NCBI GenBank assembly: GCA_036172245.1
Contig: JAYWIR010000100.1
Span: 124,001 to 188,000, forward strand
Length of the DNA: 64,000 nucleotides
Origin: Raillietiella orientalis
Lineage: Eukaryota
Reading direction: 5' to 3'
The position numbers and the translations under genes were made by a program. Positions 11,016 to 24,770 of the stretch are shown here, in pieces. A model generated the notes under the pieces. It saw only the letters and a program-made list of their open reading frames with translations, did no database searches and had not been told where the DNA came from. How positions within the stretch are numbered: position 1 is the stretch's first letter; the number at the start of each line of letters is the position of its first letter.

Positions 11016-14000
11016 CGAATTGTTTACAAAGCCTGTAAGGTAGCAAACTTCTTAAACATCATGGATAACAACGATCGAAAAGATTCCTCTTCTAGGTACG
11101 ACAGTGATTACCATGAAAACAACACAGACTCCAAAGCTCCACGCCCTAATGAAATTTCGATATCTTCGTAATCATCCTCTGAAATCGGGAAATTGGTAGG
11201 CCTTGAGCCTCTCCATGACGGGAATTTCCCACTCACTGCGAATGTATGCTTACTGAAAAGGCGCAAAAGTGCAATAGGAAAATCCCCTCATTTCCAATTG
11301 GTTACAAACCTTAAAAGGTTGCAAATTTTTACCACATACTGAATTAGAGCGAAAGAAAAAATTCCTCTTCTAGTTACGACACTGCTTACCATGAAAACAA
11401 CACAGAGACCAAAGTGCCACGCCCTAACCTAATTTCGAACACTCCATAATCATGTTCTGAAGTCAGGTAATTGGAAGGCCTTGAGCCTCTCCATGACGAG
11501 AATTTGCCACTCACTGGAAATAGATGCATCGTGAAGAGGTGGAAAACTGCAATGGAGAAATCCCCTGATTTCGAATTGATAACAAAGCCTGAAAGGTTGC
11601 AAATTTCTACCACATCATGAAGCAGAGCGAACAAAAAGATTCCTCTTCTTGGAAAAACAGTGGTTACTATGAAAACAACACAGAGACCAAAGCACCACCC
11701 TCCAATCTATTTTGGAACACTTCTTAATCATCCGCTGAAATCAGCAAATTGGAAGGGCTTGAGGCTTTCCATGGCGGAAATTTGCCACTCACTGCAATCG
11801 TATGCTCAGTGAAAAGACGCAGAAGTGCTATAGTAAAATCCCCTGATTTCCAATTGGTTACAAACCCTGAAAGTTTGCAAATTTTTACCACATAGTGAAT
11901 TGGAGCGAAGGAAAAAATTCCTATTCTAAATACGACACTGGTTACTATAAAACAACAGATAGACCAAAGTGCCACGCCCTAATCTAATTTCGAACACTTC
12001 ATAATCATCCTCTGATATCGTGAAATTGGAAGGCCTTGAGTTTCTCCATGACGGAAATTTGGAACTTACTGCAAATGGATGCTTACTCAAAAGGCGCAAT
12101 ATTGCAACAGTAAGATCCCCTGATTTCCAATTGATTACAATGCCTGAAAGGATGCAAATTTCTACCACATCGTGAATCAGAGCGAACAAAAAGATTCCTC
12201 TTCTAGGAAAAACTGTGGTTACTATGAAAACAACACAGAGACCAAAGTACCACCCCCTAATCTAATATCGAACACTTCAAAATCATCCTCTGAAATCGAG
12301 AAATTGGAAGGCCTTGAGTCTCTTTATGACGGGAATTTGCCACTTACTGCAAAAGTATGCTTAGTGAAAAGGCGCAATAGTGCAACAGTAATATCCTCTG
12401 ATTTCCAATTGATTACAAAGCCGGAAAGGTTGCAAATTCTTACCACATCATGAATAAGAGCGAAGGAAAAGATTACTTTTCTAGGTACGACACTGCTTAC
12501 CATGAAAACAATACAGAGACCAAAGTGCCACGCCCTAGACAATTTTCGACTTCTTCTTAGTCATCCTCTGAAATCAGGAAATTGGAAGGCCGTGAGCCTC
12601 TCCATGACATGAATTTGCCACTCACTGCAAATAGATGCTTCGTGAAGAGGCGCAAAACTGCAATGGAGAAATCCCCTGAATTCGATTTGATTACAAAGCC
12701 TGAAAGGTTGCAAATTTCTACCACATCATGAATCAGAGCGAAGGAAAAGATTCCTCTTCTAGGAAAGACAGTGGTTAACAGGGAAACAACACAGAGACCA
12801 AAGCACCACCCTCTAATCTGATTTGGAACACTTCATAATCATCCTCTGAAATCGGGAAATTCGAAGGCCGTGAGCCTCTCAATGACGGGAATTTGCCACT
12901 CACTGGAAATAGATGATTCGTGAAGAGGTGCAAAACTGCAATGGAGGAATCCCCTAATTTCGAATTGATTACACAGCCTGAAAGGTTGCAAATTTCTATT
13001 ACATTATGAATCAGAGCGAACGAAAAGATTCCTCTTCTAGGTACGATAGTGGTTACCATGAAGACAACACAGAGACCAAAGTACCACGCCCGAACTTAAT
13101 TTCGTACTCTTCTTAATCATCCTCTGAAATCAGAAAATTTGAAGGCCTTGAGCCTCTCCATGATGCGAATTTGGCACTGACTGCAAATTGATGCTTCGTG
13201 AAGACGAGCAAAACTGCAATGGTGAAATCCCCTGATTTCCGATTGATTACAAAACTTGAAAAGTTGCAAATTTCTACCACATCATGAATCAGAGCGAAGT
13301 ACAAGATTGCTCTTCTAGGTAGTCTATGTTGTTTCTATGGTAATCAGAGTCCAAAGTGCCATGCTCTCATGAAATTTCGAACTCTTCATGATCAGGCTCT
13401 TAAATCAGGAAATTGGAACGCGTTCAGGCTTTCCATGACAAGAATTTGCCACTCACTGCAAATGGATGCTGAGTGAAAAGGCGCAAAACTGCAATTGAAA
13501 AATCCCCTGATTTCCAATTCATTACAAAACTTGAAAAGTTGCAAATTTCTACCACATCATGAATCAGAGCGAAGTACAAGATTGCTCTTCTAGGTAGTCT
13601 ATGTTGTTTTTATGGTAATCAGATTCCAAAGTGCCATGCGCTGATGAAATTTCGAACTCTATAATCATGCTCTTAAATCAGATAATTGGAAGGCCTTGAG
13701 GCTTTCCATTACGTTAATTTCCCACTCACTGCAAATGCATTCTTAGTGAAAAGGCTCAAAAGTGCTATAGTAAAATCCCCTGATTTCGAATTGATTACAA
13801 AGCCTGAAAGGTTGCAAATTTCTACCACATCATGAATCAGAGCGAAGGAAAAGATTCCTCTTCTAGGAACGACAGTGGTTACCATGAAAACAACACAGAG
13901 TACAAAGTACCACGGCCTAATGAAATTTCGAACTCTTCATAATCAGGCACTTAAATCAGGAAATTAGAAAGCCTTGAAACTTTCCATGACATGAATTTGC

Positions 14001-14969
14001 CACTCACTGCAAATAGGTGCTTCGTGAAGAGGAGCACAACTGCAATCGTGAAACTCCCTGATTTCGAATTGATTACAAAACTTGAAAAGTTTCAAATTAC
14101 TACCATATAATGAATCAGAACGAAGTATAAGATTCCTCTTCTAGGCAGGACACTGTTTACCATGAAAACAACACAGAGACCAAAGTGCCACGCCCTAACC
14201 TAATTTCGAACTCTTTTTAATCATCCTCTTAAATCAGGAAAATGGAAGCCCTTGAGGATCTTCATGACGGCAATTTGCCCCTCACTGGAAATAGATGCTT
14301 CGCGAAGAGGTGCAAAACTGTAATGGAGAAATTACCGTGTTTCGAATTGATTACAAAGCCTGTAAGGTAGCAAATTTTAACACATCATGGATCAGAGCGA
14401 ACGAAAATATTCCTCTTCTAGGAACGACAGTGGTTACCATGAAGTCAACACAGAGATCGAAGTACCACCCCCTAATCTAATTTCGAACACTTCTTAATCA
14501 TCCGCTGTAATCAAAAAAATGGAAGGCCTTGAGGCTTTCCATGACGGAAATTTGCCACTCACTGCAAATGTATGCTTAGTGAAAAGGCGCAAAAGTGCTA
14601 TAGGAAAATCCCCTGATTTCCAATTGGTTACAAACCCTGAAAGTTTGCAAATTTTTACCACATACTGAATTAGAGCGAAGGAAAAAATTCTCTTCTAGGT
14701 ACGACACTGGTTACTATGAAAACAACAGATCGACCAAAGTGCCACGCCCTAATTTAATTTCGAAGACTTCATAATCATCCTCTGAACTCGGTATATTGGA
14801 ATGCATTGAGTCTCTTTATGACGGGAATTTGCCACTTACTGCAAATGTATGCTTAGTGAAAAGGCGCAATAGTGCAACAGTAATATCCTCTGATTTCCAA
14901 TTGATTACAAAGCCGGAAAGGTTGCAAATTTTTAACACATCATGAATCAGAGCGAAGGAAAAGATTACT

Positions 14970-17900
14970 TTTCTAGGTACGACACTGCTTACCATGAAAA
15001 CGACACAGAGACCAAAGTGCCACGCCCTAACCTATTTTCGACCTCTTCTTAGTCATCCTCTGAAATCAGGAAATTGGAAGGCCGTGAGCCTCTCCATGAC
15101 ATGAATTTGCCACTCACTGCGAATGTAGGCTTAGCGAAAAGCAGCAAAATTGCAATAGTAAAATCCCATGATTTCCAATTTATTCCAAGCCTGTAAGGTT
15201 GCAAATTTTTACCACATCTTGAATCCGAGCGAAGTATAAGATTCCTCTTCTAGGTACGACACTGCTTACCATGAAAACAACACAGAGACCAAAGTGCCAC
15301 GCCCTAACCAATTTTCGACCTCTTCTTAGTCATCCTCTGAAATCAGGAAATTGGAATGTTGTGAGCCTCTCCATGACATGAATTTGCCACTCACTGCAAA
15401 TAGATGCTTCGTGAAGAGGAGCAAAACTGCAATGGTGAGATTCCCTGATTTCGAATTGATTACAAAACTTAAAAGTTGCAAATTACTACCATATAATGAA
15501 TCAGAACGAAGTATAAGATTCCTCTTCCAGGTAGGACACTGTTTACCATGAAAACAACATAGAGACCAAAGTGCCACGCCCTAATCTAATTTCGAACTCT
15601 GCTTAATCATTCTCTGAAATCAAAAAATTGGAAGCCCTTGAGGCTCTTCATGATGGCGATTTGCCACTCAATGGAAATAGATGCTTCGCGAAGAGGTGCA
15701 AAACTGCAATGGAGAAATCCCCGGGTTTCGAATTGATTACAAAGCCTGTAAGGTAGCAAATTTTTACCAGTTCATGGATCAGAGCGAACGAAAATATTCC
15801 TCTTCTTGGAACGACAGTGGTTACCATTAAGACAACACAGATACCAACGTACCACCCCCTATTCTAATTTCGAACACTTCTTAATCATCCGCTGTAATCA
15901 GGAAATTGGAAGGCCTTGAGGCTTTCCATGACGGAAATTTGCCACTCACTGCAAATGTATGCTTAGTGAAAAAGCGCAAAAGTGCTATAGTAAAATCCCC
16001 TGATTTCCAATTGGTTACACACCCTGAAAGTTTGCAAATTTTTACCACATACTGAATTAAAGCGAAGGGAAAAATTCCTCTTCTAGGTACGACACTGGTT
16101 ACTATGAAAACAACAGAAAGCCCAAAGTGCCACGCCCTAATCTAATTTCGAACACTTCATAATCATCCTCTGAAATCGGGAAATTGGAAGGCCTTGAGTC
16201 TCTTCATGACGGGAATTTGCCACTTACTGCAAATGGATACTTACTGAAAAGGCGCAATTGTGCAACAGTAATATCCCCTGATTTTTAGTTGATTACAAAG
16301 CATGTAAGGATGCAAATTTCTACCACATCATGAATCAGAGCGAAGTATAAGATTCCTCTTCCAGTTACGACACTGCTTACCATGAAAACAACACAGAGAC
16401 CAAAGTGCCACGCCCTAACCTAATTTCGAACTTCTCTTAGTCATCCTGTGATATCAGGAAATTGGAAGGCCGTGAACCTGTCCATGACATGAATTTGCCA
16501 CTCACTGCAAATAGATGCTTCTTGAAGAGGAGCAAACCTGCAATGGTGAAATTCACTGATTTCGAATTGATTACAAAACTTGAAAAGTTGCAAATTACTA
16601 CCATATAGTAAATCAAAACGAAGTATAAGATTCCTCTTCTAGGTAGGACACTGTTTACCATAAAAAGAACACAGAGACCAAAGTGCCACGCCCTAATCTA
16701 ATTTCGAACTCTTCTTAATCATCCTCTGAAATCAGGAAATTGGAAGCCCTTGAGGCTCTTCATGACGGCAATTTGCCACTCACTGGAAATAGATGCTTCG
16801 CGAAGAGGTGCAAAACTGCAATGGAGAAATTCCCGGGTTTCGAATTGATTACAAAGCCTGTAAGGTAGCAAATTTTTACCACATCATGGATCAGAGGGAA
16901 CGAAAATATTCCTTTTCTAGGAACGACAGTGGTTACCATTAAGACAACACAGAGACCAAAGTGCCACCCCCTAATCTAATTTCGAACACTTCTTAATCAT
17001 CCGCTGTAATTAGGAAATTGGAAGGCCTTGAGGCTTTCCATGACGGGAATTTGCCACTTACTGCAAATGTATGCTTAGTGAAAAGGCGCAATAGTGCAAC
17101 AGTAATATCCTCTGATTTCCAATTGATTACAAAGCCGTAAAGGTTGCAAATTTTTACCACATCATGAATCAGAGCGAAGGAAAAGATTACTTTTCTAGGT
17201 ACGACACTGGTTACCATGATAACAACACAGAGCACAAAGTGCCACGGCCTATTCAAATTTCGAACTTTTCTTAATCATGCTCTGAAATCGGGAAATTGGA
17301 AGGCCTTGAGCCTCTCCATGACGGGAATTTGCCACTCACTGCAAATGTATGCTTAGCGAAAAGCAGCAAAAGTGCAATAGTAAAATCCCCTGATTTCCAA
17401 TTTATTCCAAGCCTGTAAGGTTGCAAATTGTTACCACATCTTGAATCAGAGCGAAGTATAAGATTCCTCTTCTAGGTACGACACTGCCTACCATGAAAAC
17501 GACACAGAGACCAAAGTGCCACGCCCTAACCTATTTTCGACCTCTTCTTAGTCATCCTCTGAAATCAGGAAATTGGAAGGCCGTGAGCCTCTCCATGACA
17601 TGAATTTGCCACTCACTGCGAATGTATGCTTAGCGAAAAGCAGCAAAATTGCAATAGTAAAATCCCATGATTTCCAATTTATTCCAAGCCTGTAAGGTTG
17701 CAAATTTTTACCACATCTTGAATCCGAGCGAAGTATAAGATTCCTCTTCTAGGTACGACACTGCTTACCATGAAAACAACACAGAGACCAAAGTGCCACG
17801 CCCTAACCAATTTTCGACCTCTTCTTAGTCATCCTCTGAAATCAGGAAATTGGAATGTTGTGAGCCTCTCCATGACATGAATTTGCCACTCACTGCAAAT

Positions 17901-19900
17901 AGATGCTTCGTGAAGAGGAGCAAAACTGCAATGGTGAGATTCCCTGATTTCGAATTGATTACAAAACTTGAAAAGTTGCAAATTACTACCATATAATGAA
18001 TCAGAACGAAGTATAAGATTCCTCTTCCAGGTAGGACACTGTTTACCATGAAAACAACATAGAGACCAAAGTGCCACGCCCTAATCTAATTTCGAACTCT
18101 GCTTAATCATTCTCTGAAATCAAAAAATTGGAAGCCCTTGAGGCTCTTCATGATGGCGATTTGCCACTCAATGGAAATAGATGCTTCGCGAAGAGGTGCA
18201 AAACTGCAATGGAGAAATCCCCGGGTTTCGAATTGATTACAAAGCCTGTAAGGTAGCAAATTTTTACCAGTTCATGGATCAGAGCGAACGAAAATATTCC
18301 TCTTCTTGGAACGACAGTGGTTACCATTAAGACAACACAGATACCAACGTACCACCCCCTATTCTAATTTCGAACACTTCTTAATCATCCGCTGTAATCA
18401 GGAAATTGGAAGGCCTTGAGGCTTTCCATGACGGAAATTTGCCACTCACTGCAAATGTATGCTTAGTGAAAAAGCGCAAAAGTGCTATAGTAAAATCCCC
18501 TGATTTCCAATTGGTTACAAACCCTGAAAGTTTGCAAATTTTTACCACATACTGAATTAAAGCGAAGGGAAAAATTCCTCTTCTAGGTACGACACTGGTT
18601 ACTATGAAAACAACAGAAAGCCCAAAGTGCCACGCCCTAATCTAATTTCGAACACTTCATAATCATCCTCTGAAATCGGGAAATTGGAAGGCCTTGAGTC
18701 TCTTCATGACGGGAATTTGCCACTTACTGCAAATGGATACTTACTGAAAAGGCGCAATTGTGCAACAGTAATATCCCCTGATTTTTAGTTGATTACAAAG
18801 CATGTAAGGATGCAAATTTCTACCACATCATGAATCAGAGCGAAGTATAAGATTCCTCTTCCAGTTACGACACTGCTTACCATGAAAACAACACAGAGAC
18901 CAAAGTGCCACGCCCTAACCTAATTTCGAACTTCTCTTAGTCATCCTGTGATATCAGGAAATTGGAAGGCCGTGAACCTGTGCATGACATGAATTTGCCA
19001 CTCACTGCAAATAGATGCTTCGTGAAGAGGAGCAAAACTGCAATGGTGAAATTCACTGATTTCGAATTGATTACAAAACTTGAAAAGTTGCAAATTACTA
19101 CCATATAGTAAATCAAAACGAAGTATAAGATTCCTCTTCTAGGTAGGACACTGTTTACCATAAAAAGAACACAGAGACCAAAGTGCCACGCCCTAATCTA
19201 ATTTCGAACTCTTCTTAATCATCCTCTGAAATCAGGAAATTGGAAGCCCTTGAGGCTCTTCATGACGGCAATTTGCCACTCACTGGAAATAGATGCTTCG
19301 CGAAGAGGTGCAAAACTGCAATGGAGAAATTCCCGGGTTTCGAATTGATTACAAAGCCTGTAAGGTAGCAAATTTTTACCACATCATGGATCAGAGGGAA
19401 CGAAAATATTCCTTTTCTAGGAACGACAGTGGTTACCATTAAGACAACACAGAGACCAAAGTGCCACCCCCTAATCTAATTTCGAACACTTCTTAATCAT
19501 CCGCTGTAATTAGGAAATTGGAAGGCCTTGAGGCTTTCCATGACGGGAATTTGCCACTTACTGCAAATGTATGCTTAGTGAAAAGGCGCAATAGTGCAAC
19601 AGTAATATCCTCTGATTTCCAATTGATTACAAAGCCGTAAAGGTTGCAAATTTTTACCACATCATGAATCAGAGCGAAGGAAAAGATTACTTTTCTAGGT
19701 ACGACACTGGTTACCATGATAACAACACAGAGCACAAAGTGCCACGGCCTATTCAAATTTCGAACTTTTCTTAATCATGCTCTGAAATCGGGAAATTGGA
19801 AGGCCTTGAGCCTCTCCATGACGGGAATTTGCCACTCACTGCAAATGTATGCTTAGCGAAAAGCAGCAAAAATGCAATAGTAAAATCCCCTGATTTCCAA
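14970..19900. repeat. Two tandem near-identical copies of a 9-monomer higher-order repeat (~2500 bp)
   Basis: ORF pairs 15326/17825 (2499), 16437/18937 (2500) and 16993/19493 (2500, identical proteins). Similarity ends near 17400/19900. Confidence 0.92.
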
Positions 19901-22669
19901 TTTCTTACAAAGCCTGTAAGGTTGCAAATTTTTACCACATCTTGAATCAGAGCGAAGTATAAGATTTCTCTTCTAGGTACGACACTGCTTACCATGAAAA
20001 CGACACAGAGACCAAAGTGACACGCCCTAACCTATTTTCGACCTCTTCTTAGTCATCCTCTGAAATCAGGAAATTGGAAGGCCGTGAGCCTCTCCATCAC
20101 ATGAATTTGCCACTCACTGCAAATAGATGCTTCGTGAAGAGGAGCAAAACTGCAATGGAGAAATCCCCGGGTTTCGAATTGATTACACAGCCTGTAAGGT
20201 AGCAAATTTTTACCACTCTATGGATCAGAGCGAACGAAAATATTCCTCTTCTTGGAACGACAGTGGTTGCCATTAAGACAACACAGAGACCAAGGTACCA
20301 CCCCCTAATCTAATTTCGAACACTTCTCAATCATCCTCTGAAATCAGGAAATTGGAAGTCCGTGAGCCTCTCCATGACATGAATTTGCCACTCACTGCAA
20401 ATAGATGCTTCGTGAAAACGAGCAAAACTGCAATGGTGAAATTCCCTGATTTCGAATTGATTACAAAACTTGAAAAGTTGCAAATTACTACCATATAATG
20501 AAACAGAACGAAGTATAACATTCCTCTTCCAGGTAGGACACTGTTTACCATGAAAACAACACAGAGACCAAAGTGCCACGCCCTAATCTAATTTCGAACT
20601 CTTCTTAATCATCCTCTGAAATCAGGAAATTGGAAGCCCTTGAGGCTCTTCATGACGGCGATTTGCCACTCACTGGAAATAGATGCTTCGCTAAGAGGTG
20701 CAAAACTGCAATGGAGAAATCCCCGGGTTCCGAATGGATTACAAAGCCTGTAAGGTAGCAAATTTTTACCACTTCATGGATCAGAGCGAACGAAAATATT
20801 CCTCTTCTTGGAACGACAGTGCTTACCATCAAGACAACACAGAGACCAAAGTACCACCCCCTAATCTAATTTCGAACACTTCTTAATCATCCGCTGTAAT
20901 CAGGAAATTGGAAGGCCTTGAGGCTTTCCATGACGGAAATTTGCCACTCACTGCAAATGTATGCTTAGTGAAAAGGCGCAAAAGTGCTATAGGAAAATCC
21001 GCTGATTTCCAATTGGTTACAAACCCTGAAAGTTTGCACATTTTTACCACATATTGAATTAGAGCGAAGGGAAAAATTCCTCTTCTTGGTAAGAAACTGC
21101 TTACCATGAAAACAACACAGAGACCAAAGTGCCACGCCCTAATCTAATTTCGAACTCTTCTTAATCATCCTCTGAAATCAGCAAATTGGAAGCCCTTGAG
21201 GCTGTTCATGACGGCAATTTGCCACTCACCGGAAATAGATGCTTCGTGAAGAGGCGCAAAAGTGCTATATTAAAATCCCCTGATTTCCAATTGGTTACAA
21301 ACCCTGAAAGTTTGCCAGTGTTTAATACATACTGAATTAGTGCGAAGGAAAAAATTCCTCTTCTAGGTACGACACTGGTTACTATGAAAACAACAGACAG
21401 ACCAAAGTGCCACGCCCTAATCTAATTTCGAACACTTCATTATCATCCTCTGAAATCGGGAAAATGGAAGGCATTGAGTCTCTTCATGACAAGAATTTGC
21501 CACTTACTGCAAATGGATGCTTAGTGAAAAGGCGCAATAGTGCAACAGTAATATCCCCTGATTTCCAATTGGTTACAAACACTGAAAGGTTGCAAATTTT
21601 TACCACATACTGAATTAGAGCGAAGGAAAAGATTCCTCTTCTAGGAACGACAGTGGTTACCATGAAAACAACACAGAGACCAAAGTGCCACGCTTTAACT
21701 TAATTTCGTACTCTTCTTAATCATCCCCTGAAGTCAGAAAATTGGAAGGCCTTGAGCCTCTCCATGACGCGAATTTGCAACTCACTGCAAATAGATGCTT
21801 CGTGAAGTTTAGCACAACTGCAATGGTGAAATCCCCCGATTTCCGATTGATTACAAAACTTGAAAAGTTGCAAATTTCTACGACATCATGAATCAAAGCG
21901 AAGTATAGGATTCCTCTACTAGGAACTCTGGGTTGTTTTTATTATAATCAGAGTCCAAAGTGCCATGCTCTCATGAAATTTCGAACTCTTCATAATCAGG
22001 CTCTTAAATCAGGAAATTGGAAGGCCTTGAGGCTTTTATGACGGGAATTTGCCACTCACGGCAAATGGATGCTTAGTGAAAAGGCGCAAAACTGCAAGAG
22101 AAAAATCCCCTGATTTCCAATTGATTACAAAACTTGATAAGTTGCAAATTTCTACCACATCATGAATCAGAGCGAAGTATAAGATTGCTCTTTTAGGTAC
22201 TCTATGTTGTTTTCATGATAATCAGTGTCCAAAGTGCCTTGCGCTGATGAAATTTCGAACTCTTTATAATCATGCTCTTAAATGAGATAATTGGAATGAC
22301 TTGAGGCTTTCCATGACGGGAATTTGCCACTCATTGCAAATGGATGCTTAGTGAAAAGGCGCAATAGTGCAACAGTAATATCCTCTGATTTCCAATTGAT
22401 TGCAAAACCTGAAAGTTTGCAAATTTTTACCCCATACTGAATTAGAGCGAAGGAAAAAATTCCTCTTCTACGTACGACACTGTTTACCATGAAAACAACA
22501 CAGAGACCAAAGTGGCACGCCCTAATCTAATTTCGAACTCTTCTTAATCATCCTCTGAAATCAGGAAATTGGAATCGATTGAGGCTGTTCATGACGGCAA
22601 TTTGCCACTTACTGGAAATAGATGCTTCCCGAAGAGGTGCAAAACTGCAATGGTGAAATTCGCTGATTT

Positions 22670-24770
22670 CCAATTGATTACAAAACTTGAAAAGTTGCAA
22701 ATTTCTACCACATCATGAATCAGAGCGAAGTACAAGATTGCTCTTCTAGGTAGTCTATGTTGTTTCTATGGTAATCAGAGTCCAAAGTGCCATGCTCTCA
22801 TGAAATTTCGAACTCTTCATGATCAGGCTCTTAAATCAGGAAATTGGAACGCGTTCAGGCTTTCCATGACAAGAATTTGCCACTAACTGCAAATGGATGC
22901 TGAGTGAAAAGGCGCAAAACTGCAATTGAAAAATCCCCTGATTTCCAATTCATTAGAAAACTTGAAAAGTTGCAAATTTCTACCACATCATGAATCAGAG
23001 CGAAGTACAAGATTGCTCTTCTAGGTAGTCTATGTTGTTTTTATGGTAATCAGATTCCAAAGTGCCATGCGCTGATGAAATTTCGAACTCTATAATCATG
23101 CTCTTAAATCAGATAATTGGAAGGCCTTGAGGCTTTCCATTACGTTAATTTCCCACTCACTGTAAATGTATTCTTAGTGAAAAGGCTCAAAAGTGCTATA
23201 GTAAAATCCCCTGATTTCGAATTGATTACAAAGCCTGAAAGGTTGCAAATTTCTACCACATCATGAATCAGAGCGAAGGAAAAGATTCCTCTTCTAGGAA
23301 CGACAGTGGTTACCATGAAAACAACACAGAGTACAAAGTACCACGGCCTAATGAAATTTCGAACTCTTCATAATCAGGCTCTTAAATCAGGAAATTAGAA
23401 AGCCTTGAAACTTTCCATGACATGAATTTGCCACTCACTGCAAATAGGTGCTTCGTGAAGAGGAGCACAACTGCAATGGTGAAACTCCCTGATTTCGAAT
23501 TGATTACAAAACTTGAAAAGTTTCAAATTACTACCATATAATGAATCAGAACGAAGTATAAGATTCCTCTTCTAGGCAGGACACTGTTTACCATGAAAAC
23601 AACACAGAGACCAAAGTGCCACGCCCTAACCTAATTTCGAACTCTTTTTAATCATCCTCTTAAATCAGGAAATTGGAAGCCCTTGAGGATCTTCATGACG
23701 GCAATTTGCCCCTCACTGGAAATAGATGCTTCGCGAAGAGGAGCAAAATTGCAATGGTGAAATCCCCTGATTTCGAATTGATTACAAAGCCTGTAAGGTA
23801 GCAAATTTGTACCACATCATGGATCAGAGCGAACGAAAATATTCCTCTTCTAGGAACGACAGTGGTTACCATGAAGTCAACACAGAGATCGAAGTACCAC
23901 CCCCTAATCTAATTTCGAACACTTCTTAATCATCCGCTGTAATCAGGAAATTGGAAGGCCTTGAGGCTTTCCATGACGGAAATTTGCCACTCACTGCAAA
24001 TGTATGCTTAGTGAAAAGGCGCAAAAGTGCTATAGTAAAATCCCCTGATTTCCAATTGGTTACAAACCCTGAAAGTTTGCAAATTTTTACCACATACTGA
24101 ATTAGAGCGAAGGAAAAAATTCTCTTCTAGGTACGACACTGGTTACTATGAAAACAACAGATCGACCAAAGTGCCACGCCATAATTTAATTTCGAAGACT
24201 TCATAATCATCCTCTGAACTCGGTAAATTGGAATGCATTGAGTCTCTTCATGACGGGAATTTGCCACTTACTGCAAATGTATGCTTAGTGAAAAGGCGCA
24301 ATAGTGCAACAGTAATATCCTCTGATTTCCAATTGATTACAAAGCCGGAAAGGTTGCAAATTTTTAACACATCATGAATCAGAGTGAAGGAAAAGATTAC
24401 TTTTCTAGGTACGACACTGCTTACCATGAAAACGACACAGAGACCAAAGTGCCACGCCCTAACCTATTTTCGACCTCTTCTTAGTCATCCTCTGAAATCA
24501 GGAAATTGGAAGGCCGTGAGCCTCTCCATGACATGAATTTGCCACTCACTGCGAATGTATGCTTAGCGAAAAGCAGCAAAATTGCAATAGTAAAATCCCA
24601 TGATTTCCAATTTATTCCAAGCCTGTAAGGTTGCAAATTGTTACCACATCTTGAATCAGAGCGAAGTATAAGATTCCTCTTCTAGGTACGACACTGCTTA
24701 CCATGAAAACAACACAGAGACCAAAGTGCCACGCCCTAACCAATTTTCGACCTCTTCTTAGTCATCCTCT
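22670..24770. repeat. Dispersed duplicate of block ~13240-15340 (offset ~9431 bp, ~34 monomers), including a pair of inverted-cassette monomers
   Basis: Shared private variants such as 'ggaacgcgttcaggct', 'ttccattacgttaatttccc' and 'gaaactccctgat'. The inverted cassettes at 13321 and 22752 correspond. Confidence 0.85.
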
